A stretch of 63,979 bases of DNA, filler included, from Thelocarpon superellum (Eukaryota), in the NCBI GenBank assembly GCA_026025795.1. It is 3 parts of 3 records of this genome, joined end to end, with 100 filler letters (N's around TTAATTAATTAA, not from the genome) between each part and the next. Parts side by side here need not be neighbours in the genome. Positions count along the whole stretch, not along the records: positions 21,689 to 43,233 come from JAPEUG010000310.1; positions 43,334 to 63,979 come from JAPEUG010000320.1; 1 more part is not named here. One strand, given 5' to 3'. The position numbers were made by a program, and so were the translations under genes. Below are positions 39,301-50,608 of this stretch, one piece after another (position 1 is the first letter of the stretch; the number at the start of each line of letters is the position of its first letter). Under the pieces are notes generated by a model. It made no database searches and had not been told where the DNA came from. It saw nothing but the letters and a program-made list of their open reading frames with translations.

Positions 39301-40369
39301 TTTGCTCTCACCCCACGTCGATGGTGCAACGAGGGAGCGAAGCCAACCATCGTGTCGCAACGCGTAAAGCTACATACCTTGGAATCTTGATACAGCCACG
39401 GGGTCACGTCGCTTGGTGGGACGGGAGTGTGGGGGCGGGAGGTAGGTGAGGCGGTACGTGGTTCGGAGAAGCTGGCGTTGGTCATGGAGTTGGTGCGCTT
39501 GCGGCTGAGCGCCAGCGGCGAGCGGTCGGCCCAGCTGCTGCCATTGGCGTGGAGACTGGGGGGACCATTGCCGGTGGGAGGTAGGATCCCGTCGGAAGTG
39601 AAGGAGCCCTCTCGGCCGGGGAAGTCGTCGCCGAAGAAGCCCTGCAGCTTCCGCTGGGATCGACGACTGGGGATGCTCCGACCTGAGCCCTGGCTACTGA
39701 CGGTGGTGACGCTCGTCTGCGAGGGACGGCGCTCGTCGAGGAAGAAGGCGCTGTCAGGCGAGTGATTGGGACCCAGACGACTGGGAGATGGGAGCGGTCG
39801 GGGCGGCGATGGCGGTCCACTCTCGGTGGAGTCATCGAAGAAGCTTCCGGCGAAGGAGCCGGGAGGTTTGGCGGGCGGGTCGTGGGGCAGCGGCCAGGTC
39901 ATGGATGGAGGGGAATCGATGGCAGATGGAGGGATGCGTTGGATGGAGGGGCGGCCATGATCGCCATGCGCGAGGACGGCAAGGTCTAGGCGATGGTTTT
40001 CCAACGCACGGAGTGACGGGGAGCCGTGGGCAGACGGCTCCGCCGCCCCTGGCCAGGCAGCATCAACGGCGCCCGAGCCGGGCGAGATCTGAGAATCGTT
40101 TTCGAACCTGTGGTGATGCATGCAACGACCCGTCAGCGCACGTTTCGGTCGCGGGCGGGGGAAGGAAAGGGTTCATGTCTCAGCAGGTCGCCGGACGAGC
40201 GAGGCGGGACGACGCACTGTTTCCGCTGCTTCTCCGTCTCAATGTGCATCGACGTGCCCCGCGTGGTGCCAAAGATGGGGCCAGCGCGCACGGTGTCGGA
40301 GGAGACCCAGCTCTCCCTGCCCGAGCTGTCATTCGAACTGGTGCGTGAGGCCCGATTGGCCTGGGTCAT
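33379..40369 (-). CDS. CYR1: Adenylate cyclase (G-alpha-binding, Ras-association, LRR, PP2C-like and catalytic domains), 4 exons
   Basis: VTPWLYQD|..., WNAPDSWAV, CLRIFRVDSTFATL (RA), long LRR array, YGMADTLG/LYVANVGD (PP2C), VFTDIKNSTLLWE, YEVKTEGDAFMV, MDYFGPMVNRASRI; introns ~40101-40217, ~39090-39377, ~33580-33628. Start codon inferred. Confidence 0.96.
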
Positions 40370-41814
40370 GGTCGCAACACGGTCGTCGGTCGTCGGTCGT
40401 CGGCCCGCGCGCAACAATCGTGGCAGCGCTGGCGACGACGGAAGATGGGGAGGCCACGTCCGACGAGGTTGTCGGGCCGGGCAAGAGGCCGTGGACTGGC
40501 CGCGGCAATTTACTTGCACATGGATCACCACGCCCACGAGCAGCGGACGGACGATCCCATGGCTGAGAGGAGTACTCGTAGATGAATCGTGCGCTGGACG
40601 CGGGCGGTAGGTACTTCGTACCTGGGTCGGTGCCGCGAGCGAAGCCTGATACGCTCTCCCCCGGCCGCCTCCCTTAGCGAGCCTGCCGACTGGCCCAATA
40701 GCGACGCTCAAGCGCGCCCGTCACTACGGCATAGGTACGGCCGACAGAGCACAGCATGATCCCACGCGGGTGCCGTACAATGGATGAAGTACCGAGTCGG
40801 TACGGTCCGGGGACAGGGACGAAGAACGAAGTACCATACGATGGGCTGCCCCCGCCGGCCGCCGTTCGTCCGTGGCGGCATGTTGCTCGCATCCTGGACT
40901 CCCTCGTGCTCGTGCCGAGACGAGCAGTTCATCCTCCGAGCCACCGTGATAGTCCCGTACGAGGATACAGGGTCGCCGTGGCTGGCGCACGGATTGAGGG
41001 CGTGGAGCGAGGAGGAGCGGGGAGCATCGAGCGGTCAATCCTGTTCGCTGGCCAATGGTAGCGGACTGGCCGCTGCGTTGGACCTTGATCCTGCCCGCAC
41101 TCTTCCACCCTTCTTGGAGGGAGGGCGACGGCGTGCGGTGCGGGAGTGCCGCCGGTGCAGATCTGCTCCAGCGGGATGAATGTCGCGCACAACGGCGCGG
41201 CGGCGAGGGCCGCCAATAGGGAGGGGTCCGGCTCCAAGATGTCGGGGGCAAGTCTTGGGGATTCGATGAGCCAATGATGGCGCACCTGGGCCGACGCGGA
41301 GGCTTCCAGTGTGCATCGGGTTACGAATAGGGCCGGCGATGACAGCAACCTCTGCCGTCGGTGAACTCAAACTCACCTATCGCGCGCCTGAGCGAATTAC
41401 GGTAGCCAAGGACTGAGAAAGTGATCAACCGGGGCCCCCCCTTACGGCACATCCGATCACGCAACTCGTCGCACGTGATGCACCAGCTAGCTAGTCTAGC
41501 GAGCATCCGCGCTACTTCTAACACTCGAAGAACTTGACAAACGCCGAGCAAACTCAGGATCGCAGGGCAGATTATTCCTGACAAGTTGGCTATGAAGCCG
41601 TCCAAGCCAGGTTTGCCGCTACTTGAGTCTATCGAACATAGTGTGGAGATATAGCGGGCGGGTCGTCTCAAGTTGGCTAGGATCAAGACTGGTTTGATTG
41701 GATTGCTATCAGATTCCGCGCGCGCGATGCAAAATGCCGAACCAAATCTACGAATGGACTCTTCTCATGGCCCCTTCCGATGACCTCTACAACACCCACC
41801 GCGATGTTGGTTCC

Positions 41815-42460
41815 CTAATTTTCAATATGGTTGACTTTGGCGACGAAGGTGACGCATTGACTTGGGTCTCCTTCATCCACATGAAGGGTCCCCTGAGATG
41901 GCTCGGGGTGGCTAAGCCAGTCCTCGAACACTGCCCAGCTGGGGTGGGACAGGACGGTCGCAGGGCAGGCCAGGAACCCAGCACCGTCGCGGATCAGACT
42001 CGCACTCTGGCCATCTGCCGAATATTTCAAGTCCCAGCCGTCATAGTCAGGGCCATCAGAGTGCGTGGACACTTGAAGGCCGCCCGTCTGAGACGCCAGC
42101 ACGTAAAATGTGTCTGGCGCCGGCCCGTCGATGCCCACCCTATCCGCCACCTGTGAATCTTGTGTCAGTACCTGGCGTATATTGATAATGCTTGTCATCA
42201 TTTACCTCGGCCAAGGCTTGGGCTGACCCGGATATGTCCCAGCGTGCAGCCAAGCTGAAGGTGGTAGCGTTTGCACTTCCATCGAGGAAAATCCGTCCAC
42301 CATGATTGGAGAAGCTAAGTCCATTGAGGGCCTCGATAGACGCATTCTGAGCCACAACCGAGAAAGGGCTCAGCCCGTGGTGCTGCGTCGCAGGGAGTGC
42401 CATCGACGTGCGCGTTAGGGCCACGAGGGACAGGACGAGGAAGCTGCTGGTCGAAGGCAT
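41815..42460 (-). CDS. Secreted cell-wall-type protein (PhiA-like), 2 exons
   Basis: Signal peptide MPSTSSFLVLSLVAL, GGRIFL, GFLACP motif and terminal Cys; intron 42151-42205; TATAAA on the - strand at 42651-42656. Confidence 0.65.
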
Positions 42461-42665
42461 TTGGTCGACGTGATTGTCTCGAGTTGGGATCTGGTGGGTC
42501 AAGAGAGCAATTCACGGCGAGGTTACAAGACACAGGCTGCAGACGGTGTAATGACTTTGATCAAGCTAGCAGCAGACGATGGATGGATCGGATGGAAGTG
42601 GAAGTGGGAGATGTTATGGACTGAGGCGGATTGCTGAGGTTGAGCCAGCCTTTATACATGACATG

Positions 42666-42758
42666 TACGAAGATGCCATGCATGAGATCCACGGCATACG
42701 AAGATGCCATGCATGAGATCCACGGCATACGAAGATGCCATGCATGAGATCCACGGCA
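42666..42758. repeat. Perfect 31-bp tandem repeat x3
   Basis: Unit TACGAAGATGCCATGCATGAGATCCACGGCA at 42666, 42697 and 42728. Confidence 0.95.
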
Positions 42759-43111
42759 TCCTTCGATCCACGGCTGCGCCGCATTATTGAAGCATAGTTG
42801 AGCAAACCAGTAGTCGCTCGGCCAGGGCCGGCTTCTCTCGGTGCCAGCCAGTTGCGCTGGGATATCGCCTAGAACCAAGGCTTAGTAGATCCGGTCAATG
42901 CCCGTCCTAGCGGTTGTTCCCGTTGGAGAGGTGACATGCGTAACGGCCTCGTCAGTCCCCTCCTCAGGATCTGGCCATGCGGGTGGACTGCATGACGCTC
43001 AGCCACGCTTTCAGAGTACAGTAGATCCTTCCAGGCAATCGGTGTCTACAAACGAATCAGGTTGAAAAGTTTGGAAAGAGCCACGTCCAGAAATAGCCCC
43101 ATAGTTGACTA

Positions 43112-43233
43112 ACAGTATCCACCTAGAAACCGGCCACACCTAGAAACCGGCTACTTTTCTCTCGACCCTACCTCCACGATCAGCCACAACTCCACCACCA
43201 CAACTGCTACTTATCAACCCTTAGAGATGTAAG
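43112..43233 (+). mobile_element. Putative left end of a Fot1/pogo-family DNA transposon, truncated at the contig end
   Basis: TA followed by ACAGTATC-CACCTAGAAACCGGC-CA-CACCTAGAAACCGGC-TACTTTT (paired direct repeats inside a TIR-like end), C/A-rich leader, then ATG-TAA at 43227-43232. Confidence 0.55.
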
Positions 43234-43333
43234 NNNNNNNNNNNNNNNNNNNNNNNNNNNNNNNNNNNNNNNNNNNNTTAATTAATTAANNNNNNNNNNN
43301 NNNNNNNNNNNNNNNNNNNNNNNNNNNNNNNNN
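43234..43333. other. Artificial contig/scaffold spacer (44 N + TTAATTAATTAA + 44 N)
   Basis: Same structure as 21589-21688. Confidence 0.97.
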
Positions 43334-44110
43334 GAGGAGGAGGGGGAGGAGGAGGAGGAGGAGGAGGAGGAGGAAGAGGAGGGAACAAAGGAGAGGCCCC
43401 TCAAAGAATCAAAGACAGACGCCGCCGACCGGATCATCACGTCGCAGCTCCGGCATTTCGTTGCACAGCCCTACATCCACCCACCGCTGCTCCTCCCCTT
43501 ATCCTCGACGCCTCCTCGCAAGTTCCACATCCGTACCTACGTCGTCGCGGTCGGCAGCCTCCGCGTGTACGTGTACCGAGAGATGCTGGCGCTCTTCGCC
43601 ACGGCACCCTACCGGTCGCCTTCTTTCCAGGCCGGGCACCTCTCCAGCCACTTGACCAACACCTGCCTCCAAGACGACGGCGGCGCCGCCGGGCGGAACA
43701 ACGTGCGGCGATTCTGGGATCTTCCGACCCCACCGCAGCTCGAGACGGACTGGACGTCCGGCGTCTACGACCAGATCTGCCACGTGACGGGCGAGACGTT
43801 CGAGGCGGCTGCGCGCGGCATGATGGTGCATTTCCAGACCCTACCTAATGCCTTTGAGGTGTTCGGACTCGACTTTTTGGTCGATGGCGCGGGCACCGTC
43901 TGGCTCCTGGAAGTGAATGCCTTTCCCGACTTTAAGCAGACGGGAGGAGAATTAAAAAGTCTCGTGGCAGGGTTGTTTGATGGCGTCGTCGCCGTCGCCA
44001 TTCGGCCATTTTTTGGTCTTGATGAGCGCGAGACTGAAGGTCGAGGTGGGGAGATGATGAGGAAGGTGTTGGACGTAGATCTAGGGCGGGATGAGCGGAG
44101 GACCATGTAA
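43334..44110 (+). CDS. PBY1: Tubulin-tyrosine-ligase-like ATP-grasp protein (Pby1-like), 3' part only
   Basis: Poly-Glu, then SQLRHFVAQPYIHPPLLL...RKFHIRTYV, HLTNTCLQ, FEVFGLDFLVD, WLLEVNAFPDF. Confidence 0.85.
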   Translation, partial: EEEGEEEEEEEEEEEEGTKERPLKESKTDAADRIITSQLRHFVAQPYIHPPLLLPLSSTPPRKFHIRTYVVAVGSLRVYVYREMLALFATAPYRSPSFQAGHLSSHLTNTCLQDDGGAAGRNNVRRFWDLPTPPQLETDWTSGVYDQICHVTGETFEAAARGMMVHFQTLPNAFEVFGLDFLVDGAGTVWLLEVNAFPDFKQTGGELKSLVAGLFDGVVAVAIRPFFGLDERETEGRGGEMMRKVLDVDLGRDERRTM

Positions 44111-44534
44111 ATATGCAGCGCACAAGTACTTGCACAAGTGCAGCGAGGGGAAACAAACGAGTGATTCATGGTCATATTCTCGGAGTTCTCCGGGGCGGAG
44201 GCTCCCATAACTCTTGGGGGTCTTCAGACAATGAAGCTCTCCCAAAGTGAGTTGAAGTGAGCTTCAACGTATGGAGGACTCGTGGAGTAGAAGCTGTCGA
44301 AACAATGTCCCGAACAAATGGAAGCTCACTTTGCCCCCCCTCCCCCCGATACACGCATCTGACCTCGGCATTGGCTTCTGATGATATGGTGAGATGGTGA
44401 AGAAGTGTGGTTGGAGCATGCATGGCGACATGTGAGAAGCATTGAGTGATGTGGACATCGCCACGCGAGAGACGACACCAAATGAACATGCTGCCGCTCC
44501 AGACACCCGCATCAACATACTATCCCACCCTGCC

Positions 44535-45756
44535 ATGTCTCACCACCAAGGCGATCGATCTCCACAAGATCGACATGGACGATCCAAGATCGCATCCCGA
44601 TCACGATCACCCTCTCCGCCATCTCACCACCACCGCTCACACCGCCGGCGTAGTCGATCACCCGCGCCGCCTTCGCGCCATCACCATCGACATCAACCCG
44701 GCCACCACCACCACCGACCCAAGCAGGCCTCCGCAGCCGCTTCCACACCTCTCCCACTCGGCGCGGCCCCGCTCTCTAAAGATGAAATGGGGAGTCGCCG
44801 TCCGCTGTTCGCACTGTACTTGGACGTCCAGAAGCAACTCCTGATCGACGACCTGACCCCGGACGAGATCAAGGGGCGATGGAAGAGTTTCGTAGGTCGA
44901 TGGTAGATGCATTCCTCGGCTAGATACATACGTGGACGAGGGTGGCGCTGAGCTGACATTTGTGAGGAATCGTGGAGAGTTGGCGGAAGGGTGGTACGAT
45001 CCAAGCACGTGGCAGAAGGCAAATGATGCCGTGTTGTCGGAGCCTGCTCCGGCTACAAGGGCGAGGAGAGCAACGGATCGACCATCGCCAGAGTACGACG
45101 ATGCCTCTAGATCGAAATGGGGAGACAGGCACGAGAAGGGGTCTGACGAGGAGGAGGAGGATGATGATCTTGTTGGCCCCGCTCTCCCCAGCGCCATAGG
45201 GCAAGGAAGGAGAATGGGGCCCGCTATCCCAGACATGCAAGATCTGGCTCTTCGACGAGGTCCGTTCTTCCTCCTTTTCTCCTTGCTTGGTTCCGCGTAT
45301 CTCCCAGGAGTTCCCCAAACTAACATATGATCCCCAGAGACCGAGCGCGAAGAGGCAGAAGCAGCACACGACGAGCTCCGACAGGCACGAAAAGCAGACA
45401 AAGCCTTTCAAAAGGCGGCGCTGGACGAACTCGTCCCACGCGCGGCAGCCGGGACGCACGAGCGACGAGTGGAGAAGAAACGCGACGTGAACGACAAGAT
45501 GCGATCGTTTCGGGACAAATCACCGACGGATGAAGTCCCGGAATCGGACCTGTTGGGCGGAGACGACGATGGACGCCAGGGCTTCAAGGTGCAGAAGAAA
45601 GAGATGGAAAGGAAGAAGAATGAGCGCGAGTTGCGCAAGGAGGACTTCCTGCGTGCTAGAGCCGAGGAGAGGGAAGAGCGCATGAGAGAGTATCGCGACA
45701 AGGAGGATAAAACGATGGCCTTGCTGAAGGCGCTGGCTAGACAGCATTATGGCTAG
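44535..45756 (+). CDS. Conserved nuclear RS/charged protein, SCI1-like family, 3 exons
   Basis: RSRSPS/His-rich N-terminus; LFALYLDVQKQ...EIKGRWKSFVGRW|NRGELAEGWYDP; LDELVPRA.AGTHER..EKKR; coiled-coil C-terminus. Confidence 0.75.
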
Positions 45757-46064
45757 GGTTATATCATCAGTCAATGCCACTGTCGCTGTCACTGCCGCCG
45801 TCCGTGGCCAATGTCCCGCTTCGACACTTGAATTCCTATATCGCTGAAAACATGGCTGATATCATGATTCGTTCAGTGAAACTGGAAAAGGGGGGCGGAA
45901 GAAAAGGAGATGACATGGCGAGACAGGGACAAAGACACGGACAAGAAGCAGCACAACAAGAACGAAAACGACAACATTCCAAACGTCATATTCCGCTCCA
46001 GAGCATCCATCATATCCGCCGCCTTGCCGGCCACATTGCGGCACTTGTGCCTAAACCCCTGGAT

Positions 46065-46933
46065 TCACACCACCACCTTCTCGTCCTTGAACCCTTTCCC
46101 CTCTTTTCCCTCTGGCAATCCCGCAGCCTCGGTACGGAAAGAATCGCGCCAGACATGCCAGCGAGCGAGGGAAAGAGGCGGCGTCACAGGACCGTGATAT
46201 AGCAGACCCGGGCTCCAAGCCCGCAAGTCGTGAGCGGAGACATCTATCGGAGGAGAGCGTACCTGCTTGAACACACTCTGGCGGTAGAGCAGGATCCATC
46301 GCGCGGCCGCCATGACGTATGCTTCATGACCTCTCTCCTCATCGTCCCGTCCACTATGGCGCGTGCCCGTTTCGTGGGCGTTGCGTTGCGCCCAGATGGC
46401 CCACGAGGGATCGGTACAAAAAGTCCGCTGCAAAGGCATGAGGTTGACGAACCGCCTTGCCTTCTCGGGCTCCGGGACTGCAGCGGACTGTGCGTTAATC
46501 CCGTCATAGTCGCGGATGCTGGTCTTGGGGGTGTGGAGGAGCTGCAATCCCACGAATCACGAAGCCATTCTCCCGGGCGCTGGAATCGAACGTCTTCACT
46601 CCCGCTCTGTCGGCTCGAATAAGATGCGATGCCGAGCTTGGGCGAGAGGCTAAGCTCCTCAAGGAGATCCACGAGCTTGACCTGGGCTGGACGATGGTGG
46701 GGGATCTGCTCGGCCATTTCGATGAACGCGTCGCCAACGTCGCCGACCTCACTGGACAAGGGAGCGGGCTCGGACAAGGGAGCGTGCTCGGACACGAGGT
46801 CCAGGATCGACTCGGTCGTGCGTTTCAGCGTCAAGATTGTGTCAGGCTGCAAGGAATCACGCAAGATGTGGAAGGTTTTGTCTGTGAGGACGTGGCCCGG
46901 AGGGTCGCCCATCTTAAGATCCAGAGACGCCAT
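46065..46933 (-). pseudogene. DUF3632-like gene, frameshifted or carrying a non-canonical GC-AG intron
   Basis: AEQIPHHRPAQVKLVDLLEEL in one frame and FVNL...WAIWA...YVMAAARWIL...ARWHVWRDSF in another; no GT donor at the junction. Confidence 0.6.
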
Positions 46934-47590
46934 GGTGGTGGGACTTGCGAGGACGGATCTGTAGAGGAACGAGAGTGGGGTGGTCGAAGTTGACGCCTTG
47001 ATTCTAGACAGGAGCGTGCGGAGCAAGAGAACTTCATCGTCGGTATCGGGGGAAACGATGGAAAAGGAAACACCGGAACAGCAATGGGTCATGGACCGCT
47101 CCCAGCATGTGGGAAGCGCGCCCCATGTGGTGCCACAAGAGCAGTCCCAGCGCCTATAGCAGTCACGGGTCTCACGCTGTCTTTCTCTGCCCCACTTCTT
47201 CGCCGTTTCATGAGTCAGATAGTGAAGCGCCGATGACGGATGACGCGGTCCTTTGCAGAAGTAATGTTACAAAATCAAACCTTCAGTGTGCTGCGCCACG
47301 GAGTATACACTACGCAGACAACGAACGCCTCACTCGCTACTGACGTTAATAGAGCTCAAATGTCTTTTATCAAGTGTGGCTGTAACGTCGGAAAACTCAT
47401 TCGTGCGTGGGGACGAGTGGGTGGTAGACACAGCCAAGGATGAAGGAGGGAGAGGACAGGGCGTATCGCCGGATCAACTGGATTTTGAGAGCCAACATGA
47501 TCTCAAACGCAATCCTTCCGTGCACGTCCATTCCATCTCCTCCCCCTTGTGGCTGGGCTCGGATGGTGTCAGCTGATGTCACCTACGGAC

Positions 47591-47619
47591 ATGTGAAATG
47601 TGAAATGTGAAATGTGAAA
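47591..47619. repeat. (ATGTGAA)x4 heptamer repeat
   Basis: Directly visible. Confidence 0.85.
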
Positions 47620-48010
47620 TCAGCTGCGGCCCTCGAATGCACAGCTTGGTCGTCTCCACGGGGAAATTCATATCTGGTGAATCAATTTTATGCTCAGGAG
47701 TGCATCGAACCACATCGCATCGCATGGCAAGGCGGAAGGCTTGAGCTCAGACAGGTACTGCATGATTGCAAAGACGCTCTATTTCCCGTCCCTCCATCAC
47801 CCATTCGTCCCCCTCTCTTCCTCTTTTGCTCACCTCCTCTCTCTCGCCCGCTCATACCACGCCTTCGAGGCCCCTCGTCGTTGGTCGTCTGCTTGGGTAA
47901 GCGACGTTCAACCGCACATCCAGGATGAGGGAGAGGAAGTGGATCATGAGTGGGAAAAGATCACGGGCAACATTCAGAGCGTCAACGTGATGCGTGAAGA
48001 AAGTCAATAA

Positions 48011-49579
48011 TCACCAGTAACCGCCCCGGCGATCGTAATCATGATAGCCACGGCCGGGACTCCGGGGACGCGCCCGTGGAGACGGTGGTCGATCGTATCC
48101 TCGCGAATGGCCGTTAGTGTAGGGGTCCTCGTACGCTCGCCGCGGTGGACGCGCGTCGTAGCCATCCTCCTGGTAGCGTCGTGGCGGCGGGTAGTCCTCG
48201 ACGGGACCACGACCACGCGGTGGCGGCGGGGGAGAGCGGTAGCGCGAGGACTCGTAGTAGTCTCGTCGCGGCGATCGATCCCGATATCCCCCGTGACGCG
48301 GCGGGGAGGAATAGCCGCCTCGGTGCGGTCGACGATCATAGTCGCTGGGCGGAGGCCCATAGTTGCCGCGTCGCGAGGGAGGAGAGTGCGAGCGGTACCG
48401 ATCACGCGGTCGTTCCTCCTGCGTCTGCGCCGTCATTAGAGCGAGGGACCGTCTTCCACCACCCCGCGCCACTTACATCCGCCACGCAGTTGACATGCGC
48501 CCCCTTGAATTCACGACCGTCGAGACCCTCTACGGCCGTCTTGAGATCCGCGGCCGTCTCGAACTCCACAAATCTGAATGAGGTCAGTCGAAAGCCTGGA
48601 TGACAAGGGCCACACATACCCCGTCCCATCGTGATCCCGCCCGGCGTCCGAGTAGACGACGTCAAGGCCGGAGAGGCGGGCAAAGTCTTTCAGGTCCTAG
48701 TTGCCAATCCCGTAAGTCCCAGCCAGAATCCGGAGCGAGACATGTGATGCCAACGCCAGGAGGGATAACATGCAACCAGGAGCGCCATCCGGGGGAATAC
48801 GTCTCATTGAGGGAAAGCCATGGTGGCAGAGGGGCCGCCATCACAGGGGAGAGAGGGCTCGCGCACCGCACCGGATGCCTCCGATCCCGGTGGTACAAGG
48901 CTACCCATCCGTAGCATCGAGATCAACGGTGATGGAGATGACACGGCCATGGTCACGGCGGTCACGTTTATCCATGCATCCATTCACCCGTTCGTGGGAG
49001 GGGTCACGGTCCAAAACAGAGAGGTCCAAGGATCCAAGGGAAGGAAGATGGAGTTGCTAACCTGCCAGCTGGTATCTCCGGGAAGGCCCGAGATCTGCAT
49101 GCGGTAGGGCGTGCGGCGTGGACGGGGCTGGATGCGCTCATGCGCGGCAAGGGTGTCGCGGTGGCGGGATCCACGGGCGAATTGAACGGTCAACCGCTCT
49201 CCTTTGAAGTCCTTTCCATCTGCTCCGGTCAGGACGTGGTTTAGTTCATCATCGGCAAGCGCGGAGCATCGGTGAGAGACGTACGGTAGGCTAAGGTGTG
49301 AGTTAGCGATCCGTCCATTCATCTAATCGGATCGAGGGAGATATACCGGGCACCACGTCCATGGCATCCATGGCATCTTTGTATTCGATGAAGCCGAAGC
49401 CATTCATCAGCTTGACTTCGACAATCTCGGCTGGCCCATGAGCCTTGAAATATTCCTTCACCTCCGCTTGGGTTGCTATCGAACATGAGCACTACGTTGG
49501 CCGACGGCGGTACGAAAATATTCTCACCCTCACGTGGGAGGTTCCCCAGGTACAACCGGGTCGCCGACACTTCGGCCAT
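48011..49579 (-). CDS. SR-family splicing factor with RRM, pseudo-RRM and RS/RP-rich tail (Srp2/Npl3/SRSF4-6-like), multi-exon
   Basis: RLYLGNLP, KLMNGFGFIEY, GERLTVQFARG, SWQ|DLKDFAR (pseudo-RRM signature), FVEFET...LDGREFKG, RYRSHSPP tail. Confidence 0.92.
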
Positions 49580-50608
49580 TTCCGGGGTGATGTTGTAAGC
49601 GGTGAACGGTGCGGTGCGAGATGCAGATGCGTGACGTCGGTCAGGGTCGCAGCGGGTGGGAAAGGAAAAAGGATGGTGATCTGGTGAGGGAGACTGATGG
49701 CGGGCCGAGTCGCTGGATCAGCCGGGGTCGTCGACGGGACGTCAGCGATCGCCCACTCGCCTGCGCTCAACGAGACCTTCTCAGAGAGCAATGAGAGTGC
49801 AGGTCGAGGATGGCCAGACGACGACGGTAAGAATGACGGTCGCAGGTCCGTCGACGGAAACGGAGGGATCGCACGAGCTGAAGGAAGACGCGGCGAGAGG
49901 GTGAAGGCAGAAGAAGTGGGGAGGGCGGAGTCAGAGGTAGAGGCGGAGGTGGAGGTGGAGACAGCAGCAGTAATCAGTAGTGAGGCTCCCCGTACCCTGG
50001 CATACTGGCGCTGGCGCGGACGCTGCGTTGTCGCCTTATTTTTCACTCGTGGTGGGTCAACCGTGGAAAGCTGCGTGGTGGGAGGTGCGAGGTGCGCGGT
50101 GCGCGGTGCACCGCACTAGTGCGGCGGGCAGCTAACGCACGGTAGCTCGTTAGCCCGCACAAGCTTAGAGGTCGGCGCGAGGCAGCAGGGCGCCTTGCCA
50201 ACCAGCCGAGGGCACCGAGCAGTCCACCCAGTCGTCGCCTCACCGGCCCAGGGCGGGACGAGGGGTCGGACGAGACCGCCATTGGACATATCGTCGGGGC
50301 AGATGCGACTTCTTGGGAGCTGCAGCGACCGGGATAGCCGCTGCTGCACGGACCCGTGCCCGCTGGCAGGCGCTCCAGGTATAGGCCTACAGCGTATGCA
50401 CGCAGAGCCACTGGATGTCGGACTTGGCCCCACCTTCCATGCTCCTGTCACGTCTACGTCTGCGTCGTGGAAGCGTCATCCTTGTCTAGCCTGCGTCTAC
50501 TGTGGTGTACAGGAGTCCTCGTCACAAGTCGAAACGACTGCGTCTATCTACAGATGCCCCCATGCCGGGCGTCGGTCCCTCCTTAGAGCGTCTACGAGCC
50601 TCCACCCC

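Noticed and set aside
40929..41800. Possible decayed gene upstream of adenylate cyclase
   Set aside because: Some TpA-rich, stop-interrupted frames, but I could not reconstruct a recognisable protein.
42666..42758. 31-bp repeats as a CRISPR array
   Set aside because: Units are contiguous with no spacers; eukaryotic context; no cas genes.
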